In this document: in pieces, positions 1 through 10,373 of the stretch
How the letters are laid out: the number at the start of each line of letters is the position of its first letter
How positions within the stretch are numbered: the first letter of the stretch is position 1
Assembly (NCBI GenBank): GCA_030765185.1
Contig: JAVCDE010000024.1
Coordinates: 123,538-187,537, forward strand
Source: Candidatus Aceula meridiana
Lineage (GTDB): Bacteria; Omnitrophota; Gorgyraeia; Zapsychrales; Aceulaceae
Reading direction: 5' to 3'
Length of the DNA stretch: 64,000 nt
The notes under the pieces: generated by a model
What the model was told of the DNA's origin: nothing
What the model saw: only the letters and a program-made list of their open reading frames with translations
Database searches by the model: none
Translations under genes and position numbers: made by a program

Positions 1-49
1 CAAGTTCTTCGTAGCGCTTCTTGGCGTTTTGAAGCTTTTCGACCTTCAT
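1..49 (-). CDS. prfA: N-terminal fragment of probable peptide chain release factor 1; the gene continues beyond the window start
   Basis: Reverse-complement of 1-49 reads ATG-AAG-GTC... = MKVEKLQNAKKRYEEL, which resembles the RF1 N-terminus (…RYEEL motif). It lies 15 nt downstream of the rpmE stop, and rpmE-prfA adjacency is common. Only 16 codons are visible. Confidence 0.4.
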   Translation of the reverse strand, partial: MKVEKLQNAKKRYEEL

Positions 50-64
50 ATGCACAAATGGCTG

Positions 65-268
65 TTATTTCTTTTTTGAATAACGTTTTTTGAAGCGGTC
101 AATGCGTCCTGCTGCATCCACGAACTTCTTGTCTCCGGTAAAAAATGGATGGCATTTAGAACAAATCTCAACGTGAATGTTCTTCTTCGTTGAGCGTGTG
201 TGGATAACCTCTCCGCAAGCGCATCCGATGACTGTGTCTTCATATTCTGGGTGAGTTTCTTTTTTCAT
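65..268 (-). CDS. rpmE: 50S ribosomal protein L31
   Basis: 67 aa with a C-x-C…C-x-x-H zinc ribbon (CACGEV…[10 protein letters not shown]). Full-length match to L31 pattern. Confidence 0.95.
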   Translation of the reverse strand: MKKETHPEYEDTVIGCACGEVIHTRSTKKNIHVEICSKCHPFFTGDKKFVDAAGRIDRFKKRYSKKK

Positions 269-300
269 TGCTTAACCTCCAATAAAATAATTTTTTTGTG

Positions 301-1563
301 TTAGTCCGATTTATTCATATTATCGAGAAATTCTTTATTATCCTTAAATTTCCCGAGCCTGCCGATCAAAAGTTCCATGGCCTCTGCCAAATTGAGATCC
401 GTGAGCGCCTTGCGTAATAGCCAAATACGTTGCAGGTCACCTTCAGGAATAAGCAATTCTTCATGACGAGTATTGGAACGCTTGATATCAATCGCGGGAT
501 AAATTCTACGTTGAAATAGCGATCTGTCAAGCTGCAATTCCATATTGCCGGTTCCTTTAAATTCTTCAAAAATAACTTCGTCCATACGGCTTCCCGTGTC
601 CACTAAGGCTGTCGCGATAATGGTCAAACTTCCTCCTTCTTCGATGTTACGGGCTGCACCAAAGAAACGCTTTGGTTTGTGTAGTGCACTTGAATCAACA
701 CCACCGGAAAGAATCTTTCCGCTATGCGGAACAACAGTGTTGTAAGCACGTGCTAGGCGCGTAATGCTATCAAGTAAAATAATTACATCTCTTTTATGCT
801 CAACAAGGCGTTTGGCCTTTTCTAAAACAATTTCAGCAGCTTGAACATGGCGCTCGGCCGGCTCATCAAAGGTTGAGGCAATAACTTCTCCCTTAACGCT
901 ACGCTGCATATCTGTAACTTCTTCAGGACGCTCGTCGATTAAAAGAACGATCAAAATGGCATCCGGCTGATTGCTTACAATCGCGTTCGCTATCTTCTGC
1001 AGTAAAACAGTTTTACCGCTATAAGGCGGCGCTACGATTAAAGCACGCTGACCCCTTCCTATTGGTGTTAAAAGATCCATAATACGCATCGAAACTTCTT
1101 CCCTACTGCTTTCGAGTACAAACCTCTCTTGCGGATACAAAGGTGTTAAATGTTCAAAAAGAATTTTTTCTTTGCATTTTTCAGGACTCTCAAAATTAAC
1201 AGCTTCAACTTTTAAAAGAGCAAAATACTTTTCGCCCTCTTTCGGTGGACGGATTTGTCCGCTAACATTGTCGCCAGTTTTTAAATTAAACTTACGAATT
1301 TGAGACGGAGAAATATAAATATCATCCGGGCATGGAAGATAATTATAATTGGCGTTTCGTAAAAATCCAAAACCCTCTGAAAGAACTTCGAGAGTTCCAG
1401 CACCAAACATGGCCCCATCTTTTTCGGCCTGACCTTGCAAAATCTTAAGAATTAAGTCCTGTTTCTTAATGCCGCTTAAGCCTTCAATTTTCATATTTTT
1501 GGCCAGCTCTGTTAAGTCAGACATCTTTTTATCCTTAAGCTCATCAATAAAAAGCTTATCCAT
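301..1563 (-). CDS. rho: Transcription termination factor Rho
   Basis: RNA-binding N-domain (FGFLR…[16 protein letters not shown]), Walker A (PPYSGKT), Q/R loops. The ORF is open to 1635, but alignment with the E. coli Rho N-terminus and avoidance of overlap with coaE favour the MDKLF start at 1563. Confidence 0.93.
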   Translation of the reverse strand: MDKLFIDELKDKKMSDLTELAKNMKIEGLSGIKKQDLILKILQGQAEKDGAMFGAGTLEVLSEGFGFLRNANYNYLPCPDDIYISPSQIRKFNLKTGDNVSGQIRPPKEGEKYFALLKVEAVNFESPEKCKEKILFEHLTPLYPQERFVLESSREEVSMRIMDLLTPIGRGQRALIVAPPYSGKTVLLQKIANAIVSNQPDAILIVLLIDERPEEVTDMQRSVKGEVIASTFDEPAERHVQAAEIVLEKAKRLVEHKRDVIILLDSITRLARAYNTVVPHSGKILSGGVDSSALHKPKRFFGAARNIEEGGSLTIIATALVDTGSRMDEVIFEEFKGTGNMELQLDRSLFQRRIYPAIDIKRSNTRHEELLIPEGDLQRIWLLRKALTDLNLAEAMELLIGRLGKFKDNKEFLDNMNKSD

Positions 1564-1604
1564 GTTAGGAGGAGTTGATTTTGTCATCCTCCTGTTTTCT
1601 GTGC

Positions 1605-2207
1605 CTATTTTTTTCTTTTCAGTAATTCGTGCCATATCTCCTCAACTTGTTTTTGGGTTTGAAATAAACTTTTTCTGTTATCAATAACAAAGTCAGCATA
1701 TTTTAATTTCTGATTTATCGGCATTTGAGCCTTTATGCGTCTTGCGACTTCATTTTTTGGAAGGCCGCTACGCTGCTTGAGTCTTTTAATTTGTAGAGGT
1801 TGAGTTGCTTTTACCACAACAATATAATTACAAAGCAAGTGCATCTTGGATTCAATCAAAAGCGGAACATCTAAAATAATCGCTTTTACTTTTTTTGCTC
1901 GCCGGTATTGAGTAATCTTCTTTTTGGTTTGCGCAACAACCAAAGGGTGAACAATTTCATTTAGTTTGCGCAGGGCCTTTGAATCTTTAAAAACAACATC
2001 CGCCAATTTCTTTCGGTCGATGCGTCCACAAACTAAAATATCTTCGCCGAACAATTTCACAATTGACTTAAAACATGACGCATCCGGCTGTATGAGCTTA
2101 TGCGCAAGCTTGTCAGTGTCGACGACAAGCGCTCCTTTGGCTTTAAATAAGCTCGCAACCGATGTTTTTCCAGAACCAAAACTTCCTGTGATTCCTATGA
2201 CAAACAT
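1605..2207 (-). CDS. coaE: Dephospho-CoA kinase
   Basis: [13 protein letters not shown]-loop at the N-terminus and CoaE length/architecture (200 aa). Confidence 0.9.
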   Translation of the reverse strand: MFVIGITGSFGSGKTSVASLFKAKGALVVDTDKLAHKLIQPDASCFKSIVKLFGEDILVCGRIDRKKLADVVFKDSKALRKLNEIVHPLVVAQTKKKITQYRRAKKVKAIILDVPLLIESKMHLLCNYIVVVKATQPLQIKRLKQRSGLPKNEVARRIKAQMPINQKLKYADFVIDNRKSLFQTQKQVEEIWHELLKRKK

Positions 2208-3601
2208 TTTTTATATAAATTTTTGTATTCCTTGGCAGATGTCACCCAAGAAAAATCATAATGCATTATATGAAAAATAAGCTGCGAGAAAACTTTTGGG
2301 TCTTGATAAGTCTTAATCGCCTTCTTAAAGGCTTTTAAGAATGCTTCTTTTTGATAACTATTAAAAACAAACCCATCGCCTTGGTGTCGTTTTAAGTCAA
2401 AAGGCATCACTGTATCGCAAAGCCCTCCGGTCTTAGATGCCAGCGGAACCGTGCCATAGCGAAAAGCGATCATCTGGCTTAAGCCGCACGGCTCGTATAC
2501 AGATGGAATTAGAAAGAAATCGCTTCCCGCGTAGATCTGATGTGCTAATTTCTCATCAAATTTAATATGAATCGAAATCTTACCAGGATATTTGATTTGC
2601 ATTTCTTTCAAAAGATCTTGGTACTTGGCTTCTCCTGCTCCCTGGAAAATAATCTGTACGTCAAGCTGCGCCATCTCTTCGATAGCCTCCGCAAGAAGGT
2701 CCAACCCTTTTTGATACGATAATCTGCCAACAAAACCAAAAATAGGAATTTTTGGATCCTGGGGTAACCCACTCAGGCATTGAAGCTCCTGCTTGTTGAT
2801 CATTTTTCCGTCCATTTTATCCGGCCAATATTTAGAAACAATCAAATCATCTTCTTTTGGGTTCCACATCTTCACATCAATACCATTTATAATGCCAATA
2901 ACGGAATCGTGTCTGTCCCAAATAACTCCTTCTAAGCCACAGCCTAACTCTTTTGTACAAATTTCCTCAGCATATGTTGGGCTCACGGTTGTAACGGCAT
3001 CGCTAAAAATAATCCCTGCCTTTAGAAAATTAAGCTTATTGTAATACTCTAGCCCCTCCGGACGGTTAAGTTCAGCTGGCAAGCCTAACTGCAAAAACTT
3101 TTCCCTTTCAAACACGCCTTGATAAGCTAAATTGTGTATTGTTAAAATGGTTTTTGTATTTCGATAAAAAGGATCCGTACGATAAATTGATTTTAAATAA
3201 ACAGGGATCAAAGCTGCTTGCCAATCATGACAATGAATAATATCAGGCTGCAGCTGAATCTCCTGCAAAAGTTTTAGAACTCGCCTATTGTAAAATGAAA
3301 AACGCTCTAGGTTATCTAAATAATCGCCTTTTGCATCGCCATAAAGATATTCTCTGTTAAACAACTCATCATTTTTAATAAAATAAAAATCAACACCTTC
3401 AAAATTCGCAAAGAAAATATCTTGCGCTAGCTTTTTGATACCAAACATCTTTGGGTCAATGCATGCGTAAAAAGGCATTACCACAGAAACATCAACGCCC
3501 TCTTGTCTTAGAATAACTGGCAAGGCCCCACAGACATCGGCCAAGCCTCCGGTTTTTGCATAAGGCATAGCTTCTGATGAACAAAAAACAACTTTCATCA
3601 T
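2195..3601 (-). CDS. glgA: Glycogen synthase (ADP-glucose type, GT5)
   Basis: Starts KVVFCSSEAMPYAKTGGLADV (GlgA KTGGL motif). 468 aa with C-terminal GT-B domain motifs. Confidence 0.9.
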   Translation of the reverse strand: MMKVVFCSSEAMPYAKTGGLADVCGALPVILRQEGVDVSVVMPFYACIDPKMFGIKKLAQDIFFANFEGVDFYFIKNDELFNREYLYGDAKGDYLDNLERFSFYNRRVLKLLQEIQLQPDIIHCHDWQAALIPVYLKSIYRTDPFYRNTKTILTIHNLAYQGVFEREKFLQLGLPAELNRPEGLEYYNKLNFLKAGIIFSDAVTTVSPTYAEEICTKELGCGLEGVIWDRHDSVIGIINGIDVKMWNPKEDDLIVSKYWPDKMDGKMINKQELQCLSGLPQDPKIPIFGFVGRLSYQKGLDLLAEAIEEMAQLDVQIIFQGAGEAKYQDLLKEMQIKYPGKISIHIKFDEKLAHQIYAGSDFFLIPSVYEPCGLSQMIAFRYGTVPLASKTGGLCDTVMPFDLKRHQGDGFVFNSYQKEAFLKAFKKAIKTYQDPKVFSQLIFHIMHYDFSWVTSAKEYKNLYKKCLS

Positions 3602-6180
3602 GACACCTCGCTTAAGTCAAGCCAATTTTGTCCAGCTTTAACACTGACTTTAATCGGAACAGAAAGCTTTAATGGCCCTTCCATCTCTTTTTTAATAAGG
3701 ACCATCATGCGTTCCTTTTCACTCTTTAAAACATCAAAAACAAGTTCATCATGAACAGTAATCGTCATGCGGGATTTCAAGTCCTCAATATCAATCTTTT
3801 CTTGAACCTGAATCATCGCTAATTTGATCAAATCAGCGGCCGATCCCTGAACTGGAGTATTAATGGCCTGACGCTGAGCAAATTGGCGAATCGACATGTT
3901 ATCACTATGAATCTCGGGAATATAGCGGCGACGATTTAAAAGAGTTATGACAAATCCGTCTTTTTCCGCTTTTTTAATTTCTTTCTGCATATATTCTGAA
4001 ACTTTAGGGTAGCGTAAGAAATATTTATCAATAAACTCTTGGGCTTCACTCTGAGGCACCCCTAAATCTTTCGCAAGGCCAAATGCACTCATTCCATAGA
4101 CAATACCAAAATTAACCCTTTTAGCCGCAACACGCATTTCGCGCGTGACCTTATCGCTTTTAACATCGAAAATAAGTCCAGCGGTAAATTGATGGATATC
4201 CTCATCGTTTTTGAAAGCCTTAATCAAATTCTTATCTTGCGAAAGATGCGCTAAAATTCGAAGTTCAATTTGCGAATAGTCTGCCGAAACAATGATATGA
4301 TTTTTATCACTCGGAATAAAAGCCTTACGAATCTGACGACCGAGATCTGTACGAATAGGAATATTTTGCAAATTCGGATTCCTTGAGCTCAAGCGCCCTG
4401 TCTCTGTGCCTGCTTGGTCAAAGTTGGCATGAATCCTTTTCGTTTTGGCATCTAAAAGTTTCGGTAACGCGTCAATATAGGTTGTGGTCAATTTTGTTAA
4501 CTGGCGATAATCTAAAAGCAATGCAGGCAACTTATGCTTAGGTGCAAGCTTGTGCAAGACGCTCTCGTTTGTTGAAAAACCTGTTTTTGTTTTTTTGACA
4601 ACCGGTAATTTTAATTTCTCAAAAAGAATATGGCTTAACTGTTTTGGTGAATTTAAATTAAATTCCTCACCAGCCATCTTATAAATCTTCTTAGATAAAA
4701 TTGTGATCTCTTTATTGGCCTCAGTAGATAGCTTCTTTAAAAACTTTATATCAAGACAAACACCTTCTTGCTCCATACGATAAAGAACATATGAGAGTGG
4801 AATCTCAATCTCTTCAAAAAGCTTTAGAAGCGTCTTTTCTTCAAGTTCCTTTTTAAAAATCTTAAAAAGCCCAACCATCGCAGATACCTTTTGGTCAAAC
4901 CCGGCTTCTTTTGAAAACGACCGGTTTAAATATTTAAAACTAAGAATGCCTAAATCTTTAACAGATTGCGAGGCTTCTAATAAATAACCGGCAAGCATGA
5001 CATCGAAAACTTTCCCCGCTACCAGAATATCTCTCTCATTCAAAATTTTAAAAAGGGCTTTGCTGCCGTGACAAATTTTTGTGATTGCAATGCTCTCAAA
5101 AACGCTTTTGATATTTTTAATCCAGCTAGGCGGTACAACAAAGATATGTTTCTCATCTAAGGCAACGACAAGGTCTTGTGAGGCAGCTAAATCATCTTCT
5201 AGCGAACTCTCAAAGGCCAGGGCAAAATATTTCTTCTTCTCAATAGCTGCAACAAGGTCCTCAGCGTCTTTTTTAGTTTCAATAGATGTCTTTTGCAACT
5301 TTAAAGAAACCTCTTGCGCTGCTGTAGGAACGCCCAAGCCTTCAGCAAGGCGACGAAATTCCATCCGCGAAAAAAATTGACGCAACTTTTCGGTATCTGG
5401 CTCTGTGACCTTTAGGTCTTTAAGGCTAAAATCAATAGGAACCTTCATATCAAGCAAAGCTAAATCTTTGCTCATCAGCGCCTGATCTTTTTGATTGCTT
5501 AATTTCTCACTAAGCTTCTGAGATTTTATCTTATCAACATTCTTTAAAATCTGCTCTAGACTACCGTATTCCTGAATCAAATTTGTGGCTGTGACTTTAC
5601 CAACACCATCAACGCCTGGAATATTGTCGGTCTTATCCCCTGCCAAACCGATAAAATCTACAATGTGCTTAGGCTCAAAACCATAGCGGTCCTTGACTCC
5701 TTTGGCATCAACAATTTCTTCTCTTCGATAATCAAACATCTTAATATTTCCCTCAATAAGCTGCAGCATGTCTTTATCACCACTGACAATAATGACCTCA
5801 GCGTCTTTAGGGCTTATCCCTTTAGAGATCGTGGCAATAACATCGTCAGCCTCAAAACCCTCAAGTTCAAAAACAGGAATGTTATAAGCTAAAATAAGTT
5901 CTTTAATCAAAGGAATTTGGCTAATAAGATCATCAGGCATCGACGGCCTATGAACTTTATATTCAGCAAATTTTTCTTGGCGGTGTGTTTTTTTACCGAC
6001 ATCAAAACAGGCAGCCATATAATCGGGCTTAAAATCTTTTAAAATTTTTTTTAATGTATTGATAAACCCAAAAACAGCATTCGTCGGCTGTCCATAGCTT
6101 GTCCGCAAGTTTTGAATAGCAAAAAATGCCCGATAACACAACGCATGCGCATCGATTAAAAATAATTTGGGTTTGGCCAT
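3598..6180 (-). CDS. polA: DNA polymerase I
   Basis: 860 aa. N-terminal 5-prime-3-prime exonuclease (FLIDAHALCYRAFFA), C-terminal family-A polymerase motifs (DYSQIELRILAHLS, RRxAKxxNFGxxYG, VHDELVF). Confidence 0.95.
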   Translation of the reverse strand: MAKPKLFLIDAHALCYRAFFAIQNLRTSYGQPTNAVFGFINTLKKILKDFKPDYMAACFDVGKKTHRQEKFAEYKVHRPSMPDDLISQIPLIKELILAYNIPVFELEGFEADDVIATISKGISPKDAEVIIVSGDKDMLQLIEGNIKMFDYRREEIVDAKGVKDRYGFEPKHIVDFIGLAGDKTDNIPGVDGVGKVTATNLIQEYGSLEQILKNVDKIKSQKLSEKLSNQKDQALMSKDLALLDMKVPIDFSLKDLKVTEPDTEKLRQFFSRMEFRRLAEGLGVPTAAQEVSLKLQKTSIETKKDAEDLVAAIEKKKYFALAFESSLEDDLAASQDLVVALDEKHIFVVPPSWIKNIKSVFESIAITKICHGSKALFKILNERDILVAGKVFDVMLAGYLLEASQSVKDLGILSFKYLNRSFSKEAGFDQKVSAMVGLFKIFKKELEEKTLLKLFEEIEIPLSYVLYRMEQEGVCLDIKFLKKLSTEANKEITILSKKIYKMAGEEFNLNSPKQLSHILFEKLKLPVVKKTKTGFSTNESVLHKLAPKHKLPALLLDYRQLTKLTTTYIDALPKLLDAKTKRIHANFDQAGTETGRLSSRNPNLQNIPIRTDLGRQIRKAFIPSDKNHIIVSADYSQIELRILAHLSQDKNLIKAFKNDEDIHQFTAGLIFDVKSDKVTREMRVAAKRVNFGIVYGMSAFGLAKDLGVPQSEAQEFIDKYFLRYPKVSEYMQKEIKKAEKDGFVITLLNRRRYIPEIHSDNMSIRQFAQRQAINTPVQGSAADLIKLAMIQVQEKIDIEDLKSRMTITVHDELVFDVLKSEKERMMVLIKKEMEGPLKLSVPIKVSVKAGQNWLDLSEVS

Positions 6181-6216
6181 CTTTAAAAACTACCTTACTA
6201 TAATTTAACCTTTGAT

Positions 6217-7104
6217 TTATTCGTCTGGGATAATGGCAAGTATTTTTCGAATTTCTTCCTTTGAGGATTCTGTGTCGCCTGACTCTAACTTTTCAAGGGC
6301 TGAACTTACATGCTCTTGAATTTCTTTCTTTTGCATCTGCAGCAAAACATTATGCCGTAATTCTAAAATGCTAATATCCTGCGGGTCTAAAGACAACGCT
6401 TCATCGTATTCAATGAGGGCTCTTCCGTATTGCTTCATCTCTTTATACCGGCGTGCCCTTTCCATATACCTCTTTTCTTCAGTTAATTTTAAAACAATGG
6501 CCTTTTTTTCTTCAACCAAAAGTTGATCATTGACCTTTGTCATTTCCTGGGCCAATCTTTGAGCTTCAAAGTCTGAAAGCCATTTTTTTACACTCGGAGA
6601 AATTTCACTTAGCTCTTTAAGCTCTACGGCTGCTTCGGCAACCCAAGGATCTCTTGTTTTTCCAAGCTCCATGCGCCTTTTAAAAAACTTAATCGCCTTA
6701 GCAAACTTACCTTGTTTTTTGTAAAAATAGGCAAGATTAGAATATACAGGTAAAAAACTTCCATCAATTCTTAAGGCCATTAAATAATGACGCTCAGCCT
6801 CGTAAACATTGCCCATCTGCTCATAGGCAATACCGATATCGTTATAAATTTCGGGGTCAGCAGGCGAAATGGCTAAGGCTTCACCATAATAATGCAAAGC
6901 CTGCTCGAAAAACCCTTGACGCTGAGCACTGAGGCCTTTCCTGCGGTATTCTCCGGCACCTTCTGCGAATGATAATAATTCAGCAGAAACATTCGTTTGA
7001 GAAGAAAAAAGAAATAAAAACAAGAAAAGGACAATTAAAATGAAGCGCCTTGGAGGTAATATCTTCATAATAGAATAATAGATTCGATACATTTTGACAA
7101 GCAA
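6217..7104 (-). CDS. Exported/membrane-anchored TPR-repeat protein
   Basis: N-terminal hydrophobic signal/anchor, then several TPR units (YNDIGIAYEQMGNVYEAERHYLMALRID…) and a coiled-coil C-terminus. Confidence 0.7.
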   Translation of the reverse strand: MLVKMYRIYYSIMKILPPRRFILIVLFLFLFLFSSQTNVSAELLSFAEGAGEYRRKGLSAQRQGFFEQALHYYGEALAISPADPEIYNDIGIAYEQMGNVYEAERHYLMALRIDGSFLPVYSNLAYFYKKQGKFAKAIKFFKRRMELGKTRDPWVAEAAVELKELSEISPSVKKWLSDFEAQRLAQEMTKVNDQLLVEEKKAIVLKLTEEKRYMERARRYKEMKQYGRALIEYDEALSLDPQDISILELRHNVLLQMQKKEIQEHVSSALEKLESGDTESSKEEIRKILAIIPDE

Positions 7105-7110
7105 ATTTTT

Positions 7111-8454
7111 CTAGGTATTTGCAGCCTCTGGGTTGATGCCTGGATGTGACGGATTACCCTCTTGCGATTGCTTGGAGTCGCCTGTTAAACTCTCAGAAGA
7201 TGGACAAAAAGCTTGGCTCTCGAAAGACTCCCGAGATTGTTCTTGCGAAACATGCTCAACGTTTGAATTTTGCGAACCTTCTAAAATATGATTTGATAAG
7301 CTTCTAATATCAATTCTTTCTTCAATGTATCTCTTGAATTCATCTTGCTGCTGGACACAATTGATAAGTGCCGCGCCGACAACAAGATTGTCTTTGACAA
7401 AAACTTTCTTATAGGTCTTTGTGCTGGCATCGCTCTTTAAATATTCGATGCATCCGCCCTGCTGTTTTGTTTGTCCGGCTAAAAACAATGCCGCATCAAA
7501 AACTTTTAAGGAGACCTCTCGTAATGGCCTCTTAAAATCTCTGACTTGGCCTATAGCTGCAGCGCCAACGACGCGCCCATGCTCATTGCTGTTTAAGAGA
7601 ATATCCTCAAAATCGTCGCCTTTTTCCGCAGAATCACTCTCTTTCAATTCTTCAAAAAGAAACATCTCCCCTATCTTCGTATGCGTTGGAGCAGATTCAA
7701 TAGGCATGTCTTCCTGTTTCTCAAAAAGTGTTAAGTCTCGATAAGCGCCTGCCAAGACAACAATTTGACTCTCCAAAACTTTTCCATTTTTCAAGCGAAT
7801 CGCTTTTACCTCTGCGTCTCCTAAAACTTCAACAATACTGCTATTCATGACAAGACGGATACCTTTTTCTTCAAGAAATTCTGAGAGCGCCTGTGCCGTA
7901 TGTCTGTCTAAACTTTTCGGTAATAAATAATTCGTCGAGCTTACTAGAATAACTTCTTTGTTTGCTGCCTGTAGAGCACACGCGGCTTTAACAAGGCTAA
8001 GGCTGTCGGCCTCAACAGCAATAACATCGACTAAAGAAAAACTTTCAACAAAATCCTTAACATCAGCAAAAGTTTTAAGATGAAAGACACCTTTTTTCTG
8101 TGTCCCTTTTATATCAGCAAAACGAATAGTTCCTTTATCCTCCAGAATAAGCACATCAAAAGGAATCTGTTCTTTTTCTGCCGTAACGACACGCTTACGC
8201 TTTGTATAAACTTTTATAATTTTCTTATCGAGAACAAGATTCACATTTTCTTGCGTATAAAAATCAAATGGCTTGTAAGAAAGTTCATCTTCGCTAATTT
8301 CCTTTTCTAAAAAAGCATTCAGGCGACTCGCATCATAAGGCAGAATACCTTCTGGACAAAAAAGAGTAATTTCGCTTTCTCTATCGTGAAATCGAATTTC
8401 TTCAATAGCTTCAACAACAAGCTGCGTATTTCCTATTAAAACAATTTTTCCCAT
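7111..8454 (-). CDS. Pyridine nucleotide-disulfide oxidoreductase-like protein with degenerate FAD/NAD-binding motifs (probable pseudo-enzyme), acidic/Ser-rich C-terminal tail
   Basis: Overall Pyr_redox_2 topology (KIVLIG…, ITLFCPEGILPYD, DVLIL, VDVIAVEAD…VILVSS), but both GxGxxG dinucleotide-binding motifs are lost. Forms a tight pair with the TPR gene. Confidence 0.5.
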   Translation of the reverse strand: MGKIVLIGNTQLVVEAIEEIRFHDRESEITLFCPEGILPYDASRLNAFLEKEISEDELSYKPFDFYTQENVNLVLDKKIIKVYTKRKRVVTAEKEQIPFDVLILEDKGTIRFADIKGTQKKGVFHLKTFADVKDFVESFSLVDVIAVEADSLSLVKAACALQAANKEVILVSSTNYLLPKSLDRHTAQALSEFLEEKGIRLVMNSSIVEVLGDAEVKAIRLKNGKVLESQIVVLAGAYRDLTLFEKQEDMPIESAPTHTKIGEMFLFEELKESDSAEKGDDFEDILLNSNEHGRVVGAAAIGQVRDFKRPLREVSLKVFDAALFLAGQTKQQGGCIEYLKSDASTKTYKKVFVKDNLVVGAALINCVQQQDEFKRYIEERIDIRSLSNHILEGSQNSNVEHVSQEQSRESFESQAFCPSSESLTGDSKQSQEGNPSHPGINPEAANT

Positions 8455-8459
8455 AGCGA

Positions 8460-9329
8460 TTAACCCTTTTTATTCTGAAGCCGAAAGGCTTCAATTGCAT
8501 TTTTCATCAGCATCACAACCGTAACCGGCCCCACGCCCCCCGGGACAGGTGTAATAAACGATGCCCTTTGTTTTGCGGCTTCGAACTCAACGTCGCCGAC
8601 AATCTTATCTCCGTCTCTGTTGATACCAATATCAATAACAACCGCGCCTTTTTTTATCCATTCTCCTTTGATCAATCCAGCTTTACCAACAGCGACAATA
8701 AGAACATCTGCGCGGCCTACATGCTCTACAAGTTTACCGGCCTCGCTTGTTCCGATATGACAAATCGTCACAGTGGCAAGCTCCGCGAGTAAAAGCAAAC
8801 TTAAAGGCTTTCCAACAATTTCACTGTGACCAACAATAACAACTTCTTTCCCGGGTAAATCTATGCCTGTTGATTTAATGTGTTCGATAGCAGCAGCCGG
8901 TGTGCAAGGGATAATCTTAGTTTGCCCTAAAAGCATTTTCCCGACATTAACGATGTTGACACCTTCTAAATCTTTAGAGACATCAATATGATTTGCAATA
9001 ATAGGATAATCAATATGACCAGGAACAGGCTTGTGAACAAGAATCCCGTTTACATTTTTATCTTCGTTTAAACTCTTGATATGAGCGATAATTTCTTCAG
9101 CAGAAATATCCTTATCCAGAATATCCTGTCGATAATTAATGCCTATTTGCTCTGCAGCCTTTTTTTGCGAATTGGCATAAGCACAAGCTGCATGATTGTT
9201 GCCAATCATAACATTAACTATTAAGGGCAAGCAACCGGTTTCATTATGAATAAAACCAACTTCATCTTGAAGGCGCTTTTTGATTTCTTCAGCAAGTAAT
9301 TTTCCATCTAGGACTTGAACACTCATCAA
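8460..9329 (-). CDS. folD: Bifunctional methylenetetrahydrofolate dehydrogenase / methenyl-THF cyclohydrolase
   Basis: 289 aa. Typical FolD N-terminus (VLDGKLLAEEIKKRL…) and NAD(P)-binding GxSxxxGxP region (VVIVGHSEIVGKPLS). Confidence 0.92.
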   Translation of the reverse strand: MMSVQVLDGKLLAEEIKKRLQDEVGFIHNETGCLPLIVNVMIGNNHAACAYANSQKKAAEQIGINYRQDILDKDISAEEIIAHIKSLNEDKNVNGILVHKPVPGHIDYPIIANHIDVSKDLEGVNIVNVGKMLLGQTKIIPCTPAAAIEHIKSTGIDLPGKEVVIVGHSEIVGKPLSLLLLAELATVTICHIGTSEAGKLVEHVGRADVLIVAVGKAGLIKGEWIKKGAVVIDIGINRDGDKIVGDVEFEAAKQRASFITPVPGGVGPVTVVMLMKNAIEAFRLQNKKG

Positions 9330-9338
9330 TTTTTACCT

Positions 9339-9827
9339 CTATGTTTGGTTGACCTCAACGTTAGCTACGGCCGACTGAAAAGCAGCTAAAAGCATCTCCA
9401 CGGCACACTTGACATCACTTAAAAGATGTAGATTGCCTTCTTTAGCTAAAAACGGTGTTAATCCAATTGCGGCATACGAAAGACGGCAAACCTCCAAGGG
9501 AGCAGCCTGTGCTTTTTTTAAGGCTGCTTTTTTCTTAGCCACTGGGCCTTTGCGTGTTTTAACAACCTCAAGATAAGCCTTGGCATCCAAATCAACAAGG
9601 TCCAGTAAACGCAAACGCATTTTATCACTTTTTTTAATTAACGACTTTAATTTTGCCTGAGCTTTGGAGGATTGATTCTTTTTAAGCGAATAACGCGCTG
9701 CCATCGAAATCAAACTAACACCTGTGGCCGCTACGAGTGCGGCGGCAGAACCACCTCCAGGAGCAGGATTTTTTGAGGCGAGATTCTTTAGATACTGGGC
9801 TAATGATTGATTTTTGAACTTTTTCAT
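9339..9827 (-). CDS. Formiminotransferase-cyclodeaminase C-terminal-domain (cyclodeaminase/cyclohydrolase family, FchA-like) protein
   Basis: NPAPGGGSAAALVAATGVSLISMAA is the hallmark of the FTCD_C family. Sits 9 nt upstream of folD. Confidence 0.75.
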   Translation of the reverse strand: MKKFKNQSLAQYLKNLASKNPAPGGGSAAALVAATGVSLISMAARYSLKKNQSSKAQAKLKSLIKKSDKMRLRLLDLVDLDAKAYLEVVKTRKGPVAKKKAALKKAQAAPLEVCRLSYAAIGLTPFLAKEGNLHLLSDVKCAVEMLLAAFQSAVANVEVNQT

Positions 9828-9988
9828 CCAGTTTTCAAGTTTTTAGTGATTTTTTATTTTTTGTGTAGGATTAGAAGATTAAAGACAGATAATACTATTT
9901 CTTGCTGACGCGAGATTATCTTATCTTAAAAACGCACTTTTGGCAAATATCTTCTTTGTTTTATTATAAGTATTATATTTATTAATAT

Positions 9989-10372
9989 TTAATAAGCGTA
10001 TGGACTAGACAACTCAAATGCATCTTTAAGAATTTCAATTTTTAATTCACTCTGCGGGCGTTTTTCGATAGCAACGACATCAAAACGCGCTAAGCTATCC
10101 AGAAAATGATTGAGCTTTAAATAACTTAAAGCCACCTGCGAAATTTTACGCTGTTTGCGCAAAGAAATGGCCTCAAATCCACTTCCCTGTCTATTTCCAG
10201 AACGCATCTTGACCTCGACAAAACAGATGGTCTTCCCCTCTTTTGCGATAATGTCAATTTCCCCTAAGCGGTTACGGTAATTTCGCTCAAGAATCCGATA
10301 GCCCTGATTGACTAGAAATTCTTCAGCCGCTTTTTCCCCGGCTTTTCCTTTTTGGATTCTTTCTTGGGTCAT
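9989..10372 (-). CDS. yraN: YraN-family (UPF0102) predicted endonuclease
   Basis: 127 aa, GEIDIIA…VEVK core typical of UPF0102. Conserved position next to rnhB. Confidence 0.85.
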   Translation of the reverse strand: MTQERIQKGKAGEKAAEEFLVNQGYRILERNYRNRLGEIDIIAKEGKTICFVEVKMRSGNRQGSGFEAISLRKQRKISQVALSYLKLNHFLDSLARFDVVAIEKRPQSELKIEILKDAFELSSPYAY

Positions 10373-10373
10373 G

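Noticed and set aside
46-243. 65-aa minus-strand ORF overlapping rpmE in another frame
   Set aside because: rpmE (65-268) is a full-length, motif-perfect L31. The overlapping frame has no similarity to anything and no start context.
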